The translations under genes and the position numbers were made by a program. From a virus (lineage: Duplodnaviria > Caudoviricetes), in IMG/VR virus record IMGVR_UViG_3300032770_000023, positions 1 through 62,335 of that record: a DNA stretch of 62,335 nucleotides; one strand, written 5' to 3'. Shown here in pieces: positions 37,543 to 48,272 of this stretch. Below the pieces are notes generated by a model that ran no database searches, was not told where the DNA came from, and saw only the letters and a list, made by a program, of their open reading frames with translations. Every line of letters begins with the position of its first letter. Within the stretch, counting starts at the first letter, position 1.

Positions 37543-39733
37543 GCTTCGCCTCTGAGAACAAGTTTTTATTCGCCTCTCCAGCAGCTTTAAGATTCAGGCA
37601 CGCTTGAGAGAAATACGATTCCTTCAGTTCAACTCCGATGAATCTGCGATCCGCTTTTACTGCTTCATAGCCTTCCGATCCGATCCCTGCAAACGGCGAA
37701 AGCACGTAATCGTAGGGATTAGTCCACAGACGGATTGCACGCGCTATCACTTCGAGCTGCAACGGACAGATGTGCCGCTCGTCCTTTTCTTCCCGAGCCG
37801 ACTCGCGCTGCAAGGTATCCGAAGGGTTGATGTCCATCCATACGGGCGAGGCATATCGCTGCCACAATTGAACTGGAAATGATTCGTTCGTATGCGTTAC
37901 CCGTTGCGGATTCTCTCCCGGCTTGCGCATCGTGACGAGATAATCGGGAATTCCTTGACGCGACATGCAGGAATCTTTTTTCAGTTGCTTGTGAAGCAGA
38001 CCTAGTGCTTTCGTGCGCTGCATCGCAGTTACAGGGTCTTTCCAGATGACGACTTCTGAGTGATAGATGAACCCTACATCTTCAAACATCCGAATCAGAT
38101 CTCCACGGAAATCAGAGATGCCAATCACTCCGTCGCGCTCTTTACTCGTCGGAAGGTTCATGCAATGAAACGAAAGCAGTCGCCCCGGCATGAGCACGCG
38201 ATACAGTTCGTATGTCAGAAATTTGAAATGCTCGTAAAACTCCGCATGAGTTCGGCAGTTACCCATGTCTCGCTCGCTGGCTGAGTAGGTATACAGAGAA
38301 GCGAACGGAGGAGAGAAGATGCTGTAGTGGATATTGTTTGTCGGGAACTTGCGCAGCACTTCAACACAATCCCCGAGATGCATCGTCCACGCTTCGCCGG
38401 ATTCGACGCGGTATTCGTATTTCACTTTCTTGTGAACATTACCCTTGATCTCTGCTTGATTCAACTCGTGCATGTTGTTGACCATTTCTTCTGCCATGTG
38501 CTGCGCGTCGGCCTCCTTACGTTTGATGTTTTGCACAACTTCGCCCTCGGCTGTGCTCGTCACGATGTAGCAATCGACGGGCTTCTTCTGGCCGAATCGC
38601 CAGCATCTGCGAACAGCCTGATAGAACTGTTCGTAGGAATCAGAGAGTCCGAGGAATACGACGTTGTGACAGTTTTGCCAGTTGATCCCGAAGCCTGCAA
38701 TTGATGGCTTAGTCACTAGAACGCGAATATCGCCCTTCGAGAAATCAAGCACAGTCTTTTCTTTGAAGTCCGATGAATCCGATCCGCGAACCTCAACCGC
38801 GCCGGGGATACGTCTTGTTGCTGCTTCGCTTTCGTTGTTTAGATTGCACCAAATTAACCACTGCTCTTTAGGTCGAATAGCCACGATTGCCGCTACTTCA
38901 TCGGCTCTTTCTTCTGTGCTCGATGATCTCGCTTGCTGTCGCTCTTGCAGCGTCACCGCTGGCATCTGAAAGAGCATCCCCTCAGTACAAGTCTCCGATT
39001 GCACCTGACGTTCGTGAAACTTTAGAGCGGGAAGTTGAAACAGTTCGTCGTCGTAACCTAAATCGCTAGGTTTGCGCAACATTACAGCCCAAGAGCATAC
39101 CCATTTCCAGAATTCTTTCTCCGCGTGACCCTTTAATCTCCACTTCGAAGTATCTCCGCCGTCGTGAACGAAGAATGTCGAAAGCATCTCCGTGCGCGTG
39201 AGATTCCCTAAGAATTCGGAATGATTGCCGAGTTCCATAAAATCGTTCGGAGCCGGAGTTGCGGTACATGCCAGTTTGTACGGAGTGTCTTTAAATCGCT
39301 CGATGATGAGATTGCGAAACTTGCCTTCGAAGTGCTTCAGAATCGAGGATTCATCAAGAATGATTGCTTCATACTTTTCTGCGTCGAAGTGTTCCATCAT
39401 CTCGTAGTTTGTGATCGTAATCGCAGCATCGCGTTCCGGCTTGCGTTGATAGCAAACCTCTACATCGAACTTCTCGCCCTCTCTGCAAGTCTGAGGAGCT
39501 ACTGCTAGTGGTGCGAGGATGAGCGTTTTGACTCCGATTGCGTGCGCCCAATAAAGCTGCATCGGGGATTTTCCAAGCCCACAATCAGCGAATAGCGCGG
39601 CACGACCTTTACGGCACGCCCATTTCACGATGTCGCTTTGAAAGTCGAACAGTTTATCGCTTAGGCTCGTTACTTCCTTGCCCGACGCTACGTGAGTAAT
39701 GATCTTTGTTTTCAGGAACTCTTGATAGTTCAT
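37529..39733 (-). CDS. SF2 (SNF2-like) helicase fused to an N4/N6 DNA methyltransferase
   Basis: GLGKS, ILDES, TATP and QAVRRCWRFGQ helicase motifs; FSPPF and LSPFAGIGS methyltransferase motifs. Confidence 0.88.
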   Translation of the reverse strand: MNYQEFLKTKIITHVASGKEVTSLSDKLFDFQSDIVKWACRKGRAALFADCGLGKSPMQLYWAHAIGVKTLILAPLAVAPQTCREGEKFDVEVCYQRKPERDAAITITNYEMMEHFDAEKYEAIILDESSILKHFEGKFRNLIIERFKDTPYKLACTATPAPNDFMELGNHSEFLGNLTRTEMLSTFFVHDGGDTSKWRLKGHAEKEFWKWVCSWAVMLRKPSDLGYDDELFQLPALKFHERQVQSETCTEGMLFQMPAVTLQERQQARSSSTEERADEVAAIVAIRPKEQWLIWCNLNNESEAATRRIPGAVEVRGSDSSDFKEKTVLDFSKGDIRVLVTKPSIAGFGINWQNCHNVVFLGLSDSYEQFYQAVRRCWRFGQKKPVDCYIVTSTAEGEVVQNIKRKEADAQHMAEEMVNNMHELNQAEIKGNVHKKVKYEYRVESGEAWTMHLGDCVEVLRKFPTNNIHYSIFSPPFASLYTYSASERDMGNCRTHAEFYEHFKFLTYELYRVLMPGRLLSFHCMNLPTSKERDGVIGISDFRGDLIRMFEDVGFIYHSEVVIWKDPVTAMQRTKALGLLHKQLKKDSCMSRQGIPDYLVTMRKPGENPQRVTHTNESFPVQLWQRYASPVWMDINPSDTLQRESAREEKDERHICPLQLEVIARAIRLWTNPYDYVLSPFAGIGSEGYEAVKADRRFIGVELKESYFSQACLNLKAAGEANKNLFSEAKHEAV

Positions 39734-39856
39734 TTTTCTTCTCAGTAGAAACTTTCTCGCCTTTCGGATCGCACTTTCCTGAATGACCTCTCAACCGCAT
39801 ACAAGTTTTCTGCACGTAAGGGCTTACGTCTACTACGTTGTAGCAATAATGGTTCA

Positions 39857-40306
39857 TCAGAAACTTCCCGGCGCTACTTGATAGCATCTCAATCCGCGTC
39901 TTCGATACATTTCGACAACTTGATCACGATCTTCGAAAACTCCTTTAATGTCGAACAGTTCGTTCTGATTCATCAGGAAGTCGCTCAAGAGTTCGTCTTT
40001 CACGATGTAATCTGGACGATTGTCTCCTTGCTTTCTCATCACGAGATGATCGAAATAAATAGCCCATCGATCAAGCCATTCGACGGTCTCTGTCCACACT
40101 TCGTCGCTGCGTCCAGAGAGCAATATGATCATGTGTCCGTTCTGCTTCAAAAGCGACAGGAGATAAATCACGTCCCCGATTGGTTCGTCGTTTATGCATG
40201 ACTTGAAGAAAGCACTCCAGTCGCTCTTTCCGTTTTTCACGTGGTGCAAACGGTGTTCGAGATTAGCGATTGTTCCGTCGATGTCAAATATCCATGCTGT
40301 TTTCAT
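39857..40306 (-). CDS. HAD-family phosphatase (PNK 3'-phosphatase-like)
   Basis: FDIDGT, LSGR, K and FEDR motifs. Confidence 0.85.
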   Translation of the reverse strand: MKTAWIFDIDGTIANLEHRLHHVKNGKSDWSAFFKSCINDEPIGDVIYLLSLLKQNGHMIILLSGRSDEVWTETVEWLDRWAIYFDHLVMRKQGDNRPDYIVKDELLSDFLMNQNELFDIKGVFEDRDQVVEMYRRRGLRCYQVAPGSF

Positions 40307-40551
40307 CGTTCAATTTCCCTCTGCAAATACCACGCAGCCTTTTTCAGGTCTTCCAAACGATCTCCCTTCCGACCTGCCCGAGAGATGTATTTGACTGCAT
40401 TGCCGAGATGAAATCCTAATCCCCACGCTTCGATGACCTTGATCGCTTCGTAGGGATTTTCTGCTCCGCCATAGTGAGCGGGATGGTTTATAGCTTCTGC
40501 CTTGTCCTTGGAAACAGCTACAGGCTTTCGTTTTACAAATCCCATTGTCAT
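40303..40551 (-). CDS. DUF3310-like protein
   Basis: INHPAHY, GNAVKYISRAGRKG and EDLKKAAWYL motifs. Confidence 0.85.
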   Translation of the reverse strand: MTMGFVKRKPVAVSKDKAEAINHPAHYGGAENPYEAIKVIEAWGLGFHLGNAVKYISRAGRKGDRLEDLKKAAWYLQREIER

Positions 40552-40626
40552 GACTCCAGAGATAGTGTCCGCACAAAATGCACGTATTCAAACGAAACTT
40601 CGGTTCCCACTTCGTTATTCGAGACT

Positions 40627-41109
40627 TTACGCTGTGCTGCATTGCTTCTCCGTGAAACGTTTGTACATCGCGACTGCTTCTTGTGGTTTCTTCTGAGCGA
40701 TCAGACTCGCCATCCGTATCATGATCGTATCTCTAGGAACTGAAGGCGCGATAGGAGTCGTGACTTCTTCCGGCTTAGGCACGTATTTCCTGTTCGCGTT
40801 CCTTCTCGCGTAGAACACGCCCAAAAATTTTCCCTTCATAGACTCTGCCGGAACACCGTGTCTCGCGAAACTGCGTCTCTCTTTGACGCGCACTACTCTG
40901 ATTTGCGTTGACAAAGATGCCAGAGCGAACGTGAATCCCAGAACCTTCTGAGCGTTGACTCGATTGCTGCTCAGCGAATTCCAAGTTCTCAGACGCGACA
41001 TAGAATCGGAGTTACACTTCACATCGAAATAGTCCCCGATGTTCATCTTCGCCCAAGGATATTTCGGTCTAGAACCTCCAGCGTTTTTTCTTACTCCTCC
41101 TTTGCTCAT
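40627..41109 (-). CDS. Basic hypothetical protein, possibly DNA-binding
   Basis: GGVRKNAG and KYPWAKMNIGDYF motifs. Confidence 0.5.
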   Translation of the reverse strand: MSKGGVRKNAGGSRPKYPWAKMNIGDYFDVKCNSDSMSRLRTWNSLSSNRVNAQKVLGFTFALASLSTQIRVVRVKERRSFARHGVPAESMKGKFLGVFYARRNANRKYVPKPEEVTTPIAPSVPRDTIMIRMASLIAQKKPQEAVAMYKRFTEKQCSTA

Positions 41110-42362
41110 CTTGCCCTCTCGAAAAATCTTCCTTTCTCGCCTACAAAAGCAACCTCAATTCTCCCAGTCGGCCCTTCCCTTTGCTTCCCCACAATGATCT
41201 CGTCTTGCCCTCTGCGCTCCGGATCGTCTGGCATGTACAAAAGCAAAACGACGTGAGCGTGAGCTTCTATGTCGCCAGATTCTTTCAGATCGATCATCGA
41301 CGGCCTGTCGTCGATGTTCTGCGGACGGCGCAACTGAGAGAGCGCGAGCACCGGAGTCCCCGTATCCTTCGCTAATCTTCTGAGTCTGTCTGTCGCTTCA
41401 CTCACGCGATCTCTGCGCTCTCTACCCTCGCATCGGATCAACTGGATGTAATCGACGATCACGAGAGCAGTTTTAGAGCGCGAAATCCTCGCACGCGTAC
41501 GGCTCACTAAATCCTCAATGTCGAGCGAAGCACTGTCGTTGATGAACAGCGGAAGAGTTTTCAAGTCCTCTCGATAAGCGAGCAGTCGTTCCCATTCTCT
41601 TCCGGGATTCTCTACAGCCGCCGCTCCGAACTTCATCTTCAACAATCGCCGCATGATTGATCCTCGAGACATTTCCAGCGAGATGAAATAAACTCCTGCC
41701 CCTTCTCCCGCAACGTTCAAAGCAGTCTGAAGGGCGAACGCAGACTTCCCGCGTCCCGGCATTCCACCGACGACCCAAAGTTCTTCTCGATTAATTCCAG
41801 ATGTGATGTGATCTAGTTCCGTGATTCCAGTTCTCAAGCCAGATCTCGATTGATCGCCGTGCATTCTGTCGTAGATCGAAGCGAGTACAGGCTCCATCGC
41901 TTGCTCAATGACGCAATCCTCTTCGCTCCGGGAATCTGTTTCTACTTCTTCGATGTCCGCTACGAGTTCGTTTTTCACCCACTTGATGTTCTCGCCTTCT
42001 AACAATCTAGAATTCGCGAGCACAATCGTCCTTCTCAACCTCGAAACTCGCGACTGCTCTTTGACTGCTTGCGCGTATCGCTCTACTTGTCCCGCAAGAG
42101 GATAAGCATTGAACGTGTTCGCTATCACTCTCGCCGCGTCATCCGTGTTGACTTTCAGGGTTTCCATTCCCTGATAACAGCCGACAACGTCTATCGCTCT
42201 GCCTTCATTTCGCAACCAGAGCATCGCTTCAAATAAGCTTGCTTTCTCGCGATCTTGAAAGTCTGCCGAGTTCAAGATCAAAGCGACTTTGTCGATGCCT
42301 TCCTGATCTGTCGTCAGCAAGGCACAAAGCAGATTCGATTCCGCTGTCACGTCAACATCCAT
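41106..42362 (-). CDS. dnaB: Replicative helicase, DnaB family
   Basis: GGMPGRGKS, SLEM, IVDYIQL, LSQLRR, DLKESGDIE and KQREG motifs. Confidence 0.93.
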   Translation of the reverse strand: MDVDVTAESNLLCALLTTDQEGIDKVALILNSADFQDREKASLFEAMLWLRNEGRAIDVVGCYQGMETLKVNTDDAARVIANTFNAYPLAGQVERYAQAVKEQSRVSRLRRTIVLANSRLLEGENIKWVKNELVADIEEVETDSRSEEDCVIEQAMEPVLASIYDRMHGDQSRSGLRTGITELDHITSGINREELWVVGGMPGRGKSAFALQTALNVAGEGAGVYFISLEMSRGSIMRRLLKMKFGAAAVENPGREWERLLAYREDLKTLPLFINDSASLDIEDLVSRTRARISRSKTALVIVDYIQLIRCEGRERRDRVSEATDRLRRLAKDTGTPVLALSQLRRPQNIDDRPSMIDLKESGDIEAHAHVVLLLYMPDDPERRGQDEIIVGKQREGPTGRIEVAFVGEKGRFFERAR

Positions 42363-43186
42363 CAATCGATTTCTCCGCGCTGACGTGCTGCTTCTAACTG
42401 AGCACGCTTGATGTCGATTGCTTTCGGGGGAATCGGACGAGCAGCATGACCGTTTCCATTGCCGTTCGCGAACTCGCTGCGCTCCCAAGTCCTGACAGCA
42501 GCACGCCAGTCCTTCATCGGATTACGTCCGACACGCCAACCGTTCGACGAGTAGTAATCGAACCACTTTTGTGCATCTACAAGATTCTTTCTTTCAAGGC
42601 AGTATTTTTTTACGTCTTCGATGAGAGGAGGAATGCTCTTACTTGCTTTTGATCTTTCTGCTTCTGTATCTGCTTCTGCTATCTGCTTTCTGCTATACGT
42701 AACGTTCGGGTGAACCGTTACGGTGTCACAGCGAACATCCTCTCCAAAATCGAGGAATTCGCCTGATTTTCGTCTTGCTCTCAATTTCCTCATTCTTTCG
42801 GCTGCGCTGTGATCGTAATCCCTGTATCGCATGTAATTGAGCACCAAATAGCCTCCGCTTACGCGAATCATTCGCCTTCCTTCGAACTCCGGAGAGCGAC
42901 TTTCTACGTCTGGAGAACAGAGATTTTCGAGAGCTTTTATTCCAGATTCGCGATCTACTCCGGCGAGTCGAATGATTCCTATTCCAGCAGCGCGAACGAG
43001 CCCGTACCATCCCGGAGGAACAGTGAATCCCGTTTCGACGAGAGTTCTCACTTCAAGTTGTTTTGCTTCGTATTCGATTTTCTCTGGTTCTGCTAGAAGG
43101 AGGGCTGAAATAAAAACATCGCGTACATCGCGATCCGGCCAAAGAGACGAATTGATGATGTCTGTATCTAATTTGACGAATGGCAT
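42362..43186 (-). CDS. Phage replication initiator protein
   Basis: FVKLDTDIINSSLW N-terminus; C-terminal FDYYSSNGW...MKDWRAAVRTW; directly upstream of DnaB. Confidence 0.75.
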   Translation of the reverse strand: MPFVKLDTDIINSSLWPDRDVRDVFISALLLAEPEKIEYEAKQLEVRTLVETGFTVPPGWYGLVRAAGIGIIRLAGVDRESGIKALENLCSPDVESRSPEFEGRRMIRVSGGYLVLNYMRYRDYDHSAAERMRKLRARRKSGEFLDFGEDVRCDTVTVHPNVTYSRKQIAEADTEAERSKASKSIPPLIEDVKKYCLERKNLVDAQKWFDYYSSNGWRVGRNPMKDWRAAVRTWERSEFANGNGNGHAARPIPPKAIDIKRAQLEAARQRGEID

Positions 43187-43246
43187 CTAGTCAAATAGGA
43201 CTCCTAAGAGCGGAGAGCAGCGAACCGTTCTTATTTTTTTTGTGCG

Positions 43247-43582
43247 CTAGACTTCTTGGGACGCGCACTCTTCGTAACGCAAAATACCGTTCTTGTGAAA
43301 CAGAATCTTTCGTCCATCGGTCGCTAGAAAAAACACCGTAAACATGTCGAATCCTTGAATTATCCCTTCTACGACTTCATGGGGTCCGACGATGCGAATC
43401 TTGATCTTGTCGTGTTTCCACGTAGACAGATATTTTCTTTGGATGAAATGCGGATCACGTTTTTCTTGCTGACGACCTGTGAGTTTTACTGGGGGAGGGA
43501 TTTCTTCTTGAGGCTCTTGAACGAGACCGTTTCGTTCTTGCAGTCTACGTCCAAGTTCTCTGATCGTTAAACTTTCTGGCAT
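43247..43582 (-). CDS. Divergent Hfq-like Sm-fold protein
   Basis: IQRKYL...VEGIIQGFDMFTVFF...ILFHKNGI aligns by eye with Hfq LQDPFL...QGQIESFDQFVILL...MVYKHAI. Confidence 0.65.
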   Translation of the reverse strand: MPESLTIRELGRRLQERNGLVQEPQEEIPPPVKLTGRQQEKRDPHFIQRKYLSTWKHDKIKIRIVGPHEVVEGIIQGFDMFTVFFLATDGRKILFHKNGILRYEECASQEV

Positions 43583-43687
43583 TGATTACCCTTTTTCTGG
43601 AGCGGGGTAGAGGGTTAAACTACCCCGCCCTTCTCCTTCAACGAAAACACTCTACTACAGAATTCTCTCTGCGTACAATTATTTTTT

Positions 43688-46149
43688 CTACTCAGTAGAA
43701 ACCTTGCGCTCGCTCCAGTATTCCGAGCATTCGACGCCATGTTCCAGCGTCGTCTTGTTCTTGATCCTGATCGAGCTTGCAGGATCGCGATTGATTTCGC
43801 TCACGCGACTTCTGAACGAGCTTCCGTACTGAGCGTGCAAGAAGTCTGAGCCGAATCTCTGTCCGATTGAGTTCGTGAACATGCGCTCGATCCGCTCGCG
43901 CTTCGACATGCGGACTCTGAAAATAAGCTCGGTTTGAAGTGGAATGCACTCGTTCATCAGAATCACCTCGCGATGGCAATACAGCCTAGTTTTATTTTTG
44001 CTAACTTCATACGCTCTTTCGAGTCCGATTTCTTGCGCGGAAACGTTGAGAGCGCCCGTCCTTCGCATTTCTCACAGAGAACTGCATCCGCTTTAGGAAC
44101 AGCACAAAACGATGCTTTCAAACGACGCCTGAATGTAGTCTCTTCAGTCTGAATGAACTTCGCCATACCGCATATCGTCTCCGCGATGATGCACGGCTTT
44201 CGAAGCCTAATCATCTTGTCGTAACTACCTCGCCACCATCGAACTTGAACATATGAAACTCTGTGAATCAGCGAAGCGTTATGACTCAGCGAGTAAACGT
44301 ATTGCGGGAACGATTTCGCGTAAGTAACGCCCCATTCGTGATCGGAGAAGTCTGGCCGCCCGGGATATACGATCTCTCCTAGAGTCGAAAACTCCGTGCT
44401 AATCTGCTCTTTCATCTCGTCTCTCCGTAAACCGCTCTGCCTTCGCGTTCCTTTACCGCCACAGCAATCTTCTTGCTAGGAGCGTCTAAAAAAACTACGG
44501 AATTCGCTTCCGAACGCCAAGAACCGTGCCGGATGCTCGTGGCAGTAAACGAGACGGGCCGCGTAGCTCCGCACGAAATGCACGACTGCCACGCCTGCGC
44601 CCCTTTTCTCGGACTGATCGGCCAAGTGACGTGCTCGTGAGAACAGCCAAAGAGATAGGAAAGTAGGTTCATTAGTGCGCCCTCGCGGTAAATCCGGGAA
44701 GTCCCGGTAGAATCCTCGATCCTTTAGGTCTGATCGGAGCGCGTAATGTTTGAGCATCCGGAGTACAAGCGGGTTTCGTCCACAGCAAGCCGCATTCGTC
44801 TACTCCGACGAACTCGAAAGGAAGATCGCATTCGGTACAGCGAATCGTGATCTCAGCGAGAAAACCTTTGACTTTTCCGATGGGGGAATCGCCTTCGCCG
44901 ACTCGATTAACCGTTACGTTCGCGTGAAAGTTCTCGTGCTTACACTTCATTCGCTCCGCCTTTCTACTCAGTAGAAAAACTCGATTTATCTTTGATCGTT
45001 CGCAAAGCGTTCCTACTCGTAATCGCCTCGAATCCGTCTTCGAAGCGCACCCAACAAGAGTTCATCTTCCCTCTCGCGATCACTCGGCAATATTGTCCCT
45101 TACGACCCATCCGATTCCAGAAGTAGACGTACAGTTTTTCGGAATTGTTGTTTTTCATCGTCCGCTGATCTTTTTACAAACTGTACAGTGACAAGACTTC
45201 GCCTGCTCTCGCAGCCAATCCCAGTTCACCGTCGCGCTCGTTACCTTCGACGTAGGCGCTTCGTTCGTCTTCTTGAACTGATCCCGCTCGGGACAAGTCG
45301 TCCAGTGAGGCGTAGCGGTTCCATAGTCGCACGGCATTTTCTTGTTGTTCGGAGTGATCCACCATTCAATATCGACTCCGCAACCTCTGCATTGACTTTC
45401 GCCTTCGAACTTGTAACCCTGACTTCTTAACTCATCGAGAGTCTGCGGAAATGGCATATTGTTTCTCCTCTTCGAACATTTCTTCTTGCTCTTTCAGACG
45501 ATGAACGATTCTTTGATGACTGCGCATCCCTGAAAGCGTTCTCGTTACGGCTCCGCATTCGTCGATCAGACACTTGAAAGCAGCAGGACGACCGCCAAGA
45601 GGCTTCCCGTTCTCGTCTACCTCGTATAACCATCGGATCGTTTGTCCGCCAATCATGCGCTTTCCTTTAACTCTCAGTGTTTCACGTAGAAATAAACTAC
45701 ATAAACAACGGTCCAAAAAGCGCAGACCGTGAGAAAGCACAGTCCGAGTCCTATCAATCGATTGACGTTCACTACCAAACGCGGGTTCCTCATCTCAACG
45801 AAACAAGCCGGACAAAGTCTCAACTCGAACAACTCTTTGTCGCATTCGTAACAGTTGAAAATCTGCGAGCACTTCTGACAGCGAAGTCTCAGCGATTCGT
45901 ATTCTTTCGGCCAACTGACTGCTTTTTGTGTAGACATAGTGACGCGCCCTCCCAGACGGTCTCAAATCACTTCATCCCAAAATCCCCCTTCGAGTTCTCC
46001 CAATCACTTTTACTTGTTTCCTGTAAATACGCACGCACTTTCTTGGCAACTTCCCAATTGTTTGTTGCAGCCGACAGGTGATCTTGTCGGTATTCGAAAC
46101 ACAGTTCTCGCGCACCGTCGGCAACTAGCAAAGCTAACTGATTGGCCAT
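43688..46149 (-). other. Cluster of small hypothetical genes, many Cys-rich
   Basis: Coupled ORFs such as 43963-44415, 44412-44672, 44672-44950, 44964-45158, 45155-45457, 45674-45937 and 45967-46149. Confidence 0.5.
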
Positions 46150-46226
46150 TTGCTCGACGAAAGGATTCCAACGTCAGATATATTTAAGTTCTAACTGACG
46201 AATTATGTCGTCGAACTCCGACTGCA

Positions 46227-47351
46227 TCAGAACTCTCCCTTCGCAACATCTTTCACCCAAGCAAGCGTTTCGTCGATCTGTTCTGCTGTCATCTTCGAAC
46301 AAGAATCGATCTTGTAGCGCTCATAAGCGAACTGCTGAACGTCGGCGTGCGGAACTCCTAACTCTGTCGCAGTCGCCCACAGAGCAGCATTTCTCCGAGT
46401 CCACTCAGGCGAGTGCTTCGGCTTCTCGTCTTTCTTCGCGTGCTTGCACTCTGCGTCGTGCGTTCCGTTCTTTCCTCCGCAGTTGCCGCACACTTCGTCG
46501 AGCTTCTTTTCCGGATTCGCTTGCTGAGTCTCCTGTTGATCGAAAGGATTCTCTTCAGCAGCAGGACCAGAGATAGCAGCAGGTTCGCCTTCGATGATCA
46601 TCGACGCTGCTTCCTTCATCGACATCTGGCGTCCGCCTGTTTCTGCGATCTCATCGAGCGACAAAGCCGTCGCGAGTTCTACGGAGCGCGGAACGTACTT
46701 CAAGACTTGAAGCAGAGGAACCTTTCTCGCGTACATTTCCGGCCACTGGTAGCTGTAGTGAGACTCTCCAACTTTGTTGATCTTGTTTCTGTGCTTCCAG
46801 ACTTTCTCGATGGGCCACACTTCGATGACTGGCCAATCGCTCGCCTTCGTTCTCGCTACAGACCAGACGTGCGTCAAGTCTTTCGGATCATCATTCCCGC
46901 AAGGCTTGTGAGTGACGTGCGGTCTGTCGCCTAGCGCCCAATCGAACTCGTCTCCCTTGTATACCGCTCCTGTCCAAGCGCTCGCCTTTCCAGTTCTGTT
47001 GACAAGATCGAGTATTCCCATCCATCCGGGAATCAACTGACAGAAGTGTTTCTGAGCCGCTTTGTTCTTGTAAGGAACCAAGTAGCACTGTCCCATCACC
47101 CCCGGCTCAAGCCCAAGCTGAGACGCGAGCATCACGGAAGCGATGATCGACTGAGGATCGCACTCAGCGAGTTTGGGATTCATGCGCCAACAAGTAAGCG
47201 CGATCCTGATCATGCGTTCTGCGCTCAAGTGTCGCGGAAGGGCCATCTGTATCTGCCCTTTCATTGAATCAAGCAGTTGAGCGAACGTTTGCGGTTGCTT
47301 CTGAATCAAACCCGTCTGCTTCTTGAGAGTCTCGATTGCGCCTGATGCCAT
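46227..47351 (-). CDS. recT: RecT-family single-strand annealing protein
   Basis: ALPRHLSAERMIRIAL, ASQLGLEP..GQCYLVPY and VYKGDEF motifs. Confidence 0.9.
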   Translation of the reverse strand: MASGAIETLKKQTGLIQKQPQTFAQLLDSMKGQIQMALPRHLSAERMIRIALTCWRMNPKLAECDPQSIIASVMLASQLGLEPGVMGQCYLVPYKNKAAQKHFCQLIPGWMGILDLVNRTGKASAWTGAVYKGDEFDWALGDRPHVTHKPCGNDDPKDLTHVWSVARTKASDWPVIEVWPIEKVWKHRNKINKVGESHYSYQWPEMYARKVPLLQVLKYVPRSVELATALSLDEIAETGGRQMSMKEAASMIIEGEPAAISGPAAEENPFDQQETQQANPEKKLDEVCGNCGGKNGTHDAECKHAKKDEKPKHSPEWTRRNAALWATATELGVPHADVQQFAYERYKIDSCSKMTAEQIDETLAWVKDVAKGEF

Positions 47352-47363
47352 TTTTCTTCTCCG

Positions 47364-48272
47364 TTACGTTCTGATCATCAAAAAATCTGTTTCTCCGACC
47401 GAATAAGCCTTCCTGTGCTGAAGCGCTACAGTGCAGCAGGGCTTTCCTGAAATGTCGTTCACGATGAACTTGCGCGGCGAGTTTCCATCGCACAATCCCA
47501 TCGCTTCAGCTTCAGCCAAGAGCGCTTTCTTGATCGTCATCTCCTGCTCGTCTTTCACATCGTTCAAGCGCTTGATCGCAGCCTTCGCTCCATTCAACTT
47601 TCTGACTGCCTTCCACACTTCCGGCGATCCCGGCGAGATGAATCCCTGTCGCTTGTAGAGCGCCTTCTGAATGTCTAATTTCGTGACAGGCTCAGGTGGG
47701 ATGCGCTTCAAAACGTTCTCCGTCCAGAAGTGATACGCTCTGCGCCTGATCTCCTGAATCAAATCTTCGTCGCGATCCACGAAATGAACTCTCAAGTCGT
47801 CGGCCCCGATCAGAGCCGCAACCAACGTGCGCGAGCGTTTCGTTATTCCGAGTCCCCACATCGTCTGCAAGCAGTAAGAAAGCGGTATCTGATCAGTCTC
47901 AGGTTCGCCCCAGTCCTGAGCAGCGAACGGCGAGACAGTCTTAGCTTCCCCGTTGCACAAGCCGAACTCTTCCATGTACTCAAAGTCGAGCTGGCAGCGC
48001 ATCCAAGGAAACTCTTCGTCTGAGTGATAAACGTTGCGTCTCTGTACGAAGATGCCGCGCTCCTCTTCCAAGAGTTCTATGATCCACGGCTCTAAACGGC
48101 GGCCACGTCGAAGAATCTTTTCTCGTTCAGGAGAGAACTCTTCCTCGACAGGAGCATCAGCGGTTTTTTCTTCCCACAACTCGTAAGCACTTTTCCAGTG
48201 ATTGACGCCAAAGAGCGATCCAATATCACTGCCCCCGATATATCCTCTACGATCAATAGCGATTGTATTCAT
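47364..48272 (-). CDS. YqaJ-like viral recombinase exonuclease
   Basis: RRGYIGGSD, G..LE, LD...EAKT and IP..Y..Q motifs. Confidence 0.88.
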   Translation of the reverse strand: MNTIAIDRRGYIGGSDIGSLFGVNHWKSAYELWEEKTADAPVEEEFSPEREKILRRGRRLEPWIIELLEEERGIFVQRRNVYHSDEEFPWMRCQLDFEYMEEFGLCNGEAKTVSPFAAQDWGEPETDQIPLSYCLQTMWGLGITKRSRTLVAALIGADDLRVHFVDRDEDLIQEIRRRAYHFWTENVLKRIPPEPVTKLDIQKALYKRQGFISPGSPEVWKAVRKLNGAKAAIKRLNDVKDEQEMTIKKALLAEAEAMGLCDGNSPRKFIVNDISGKPCCTVALQHRKAYSVGETDFLMIRT

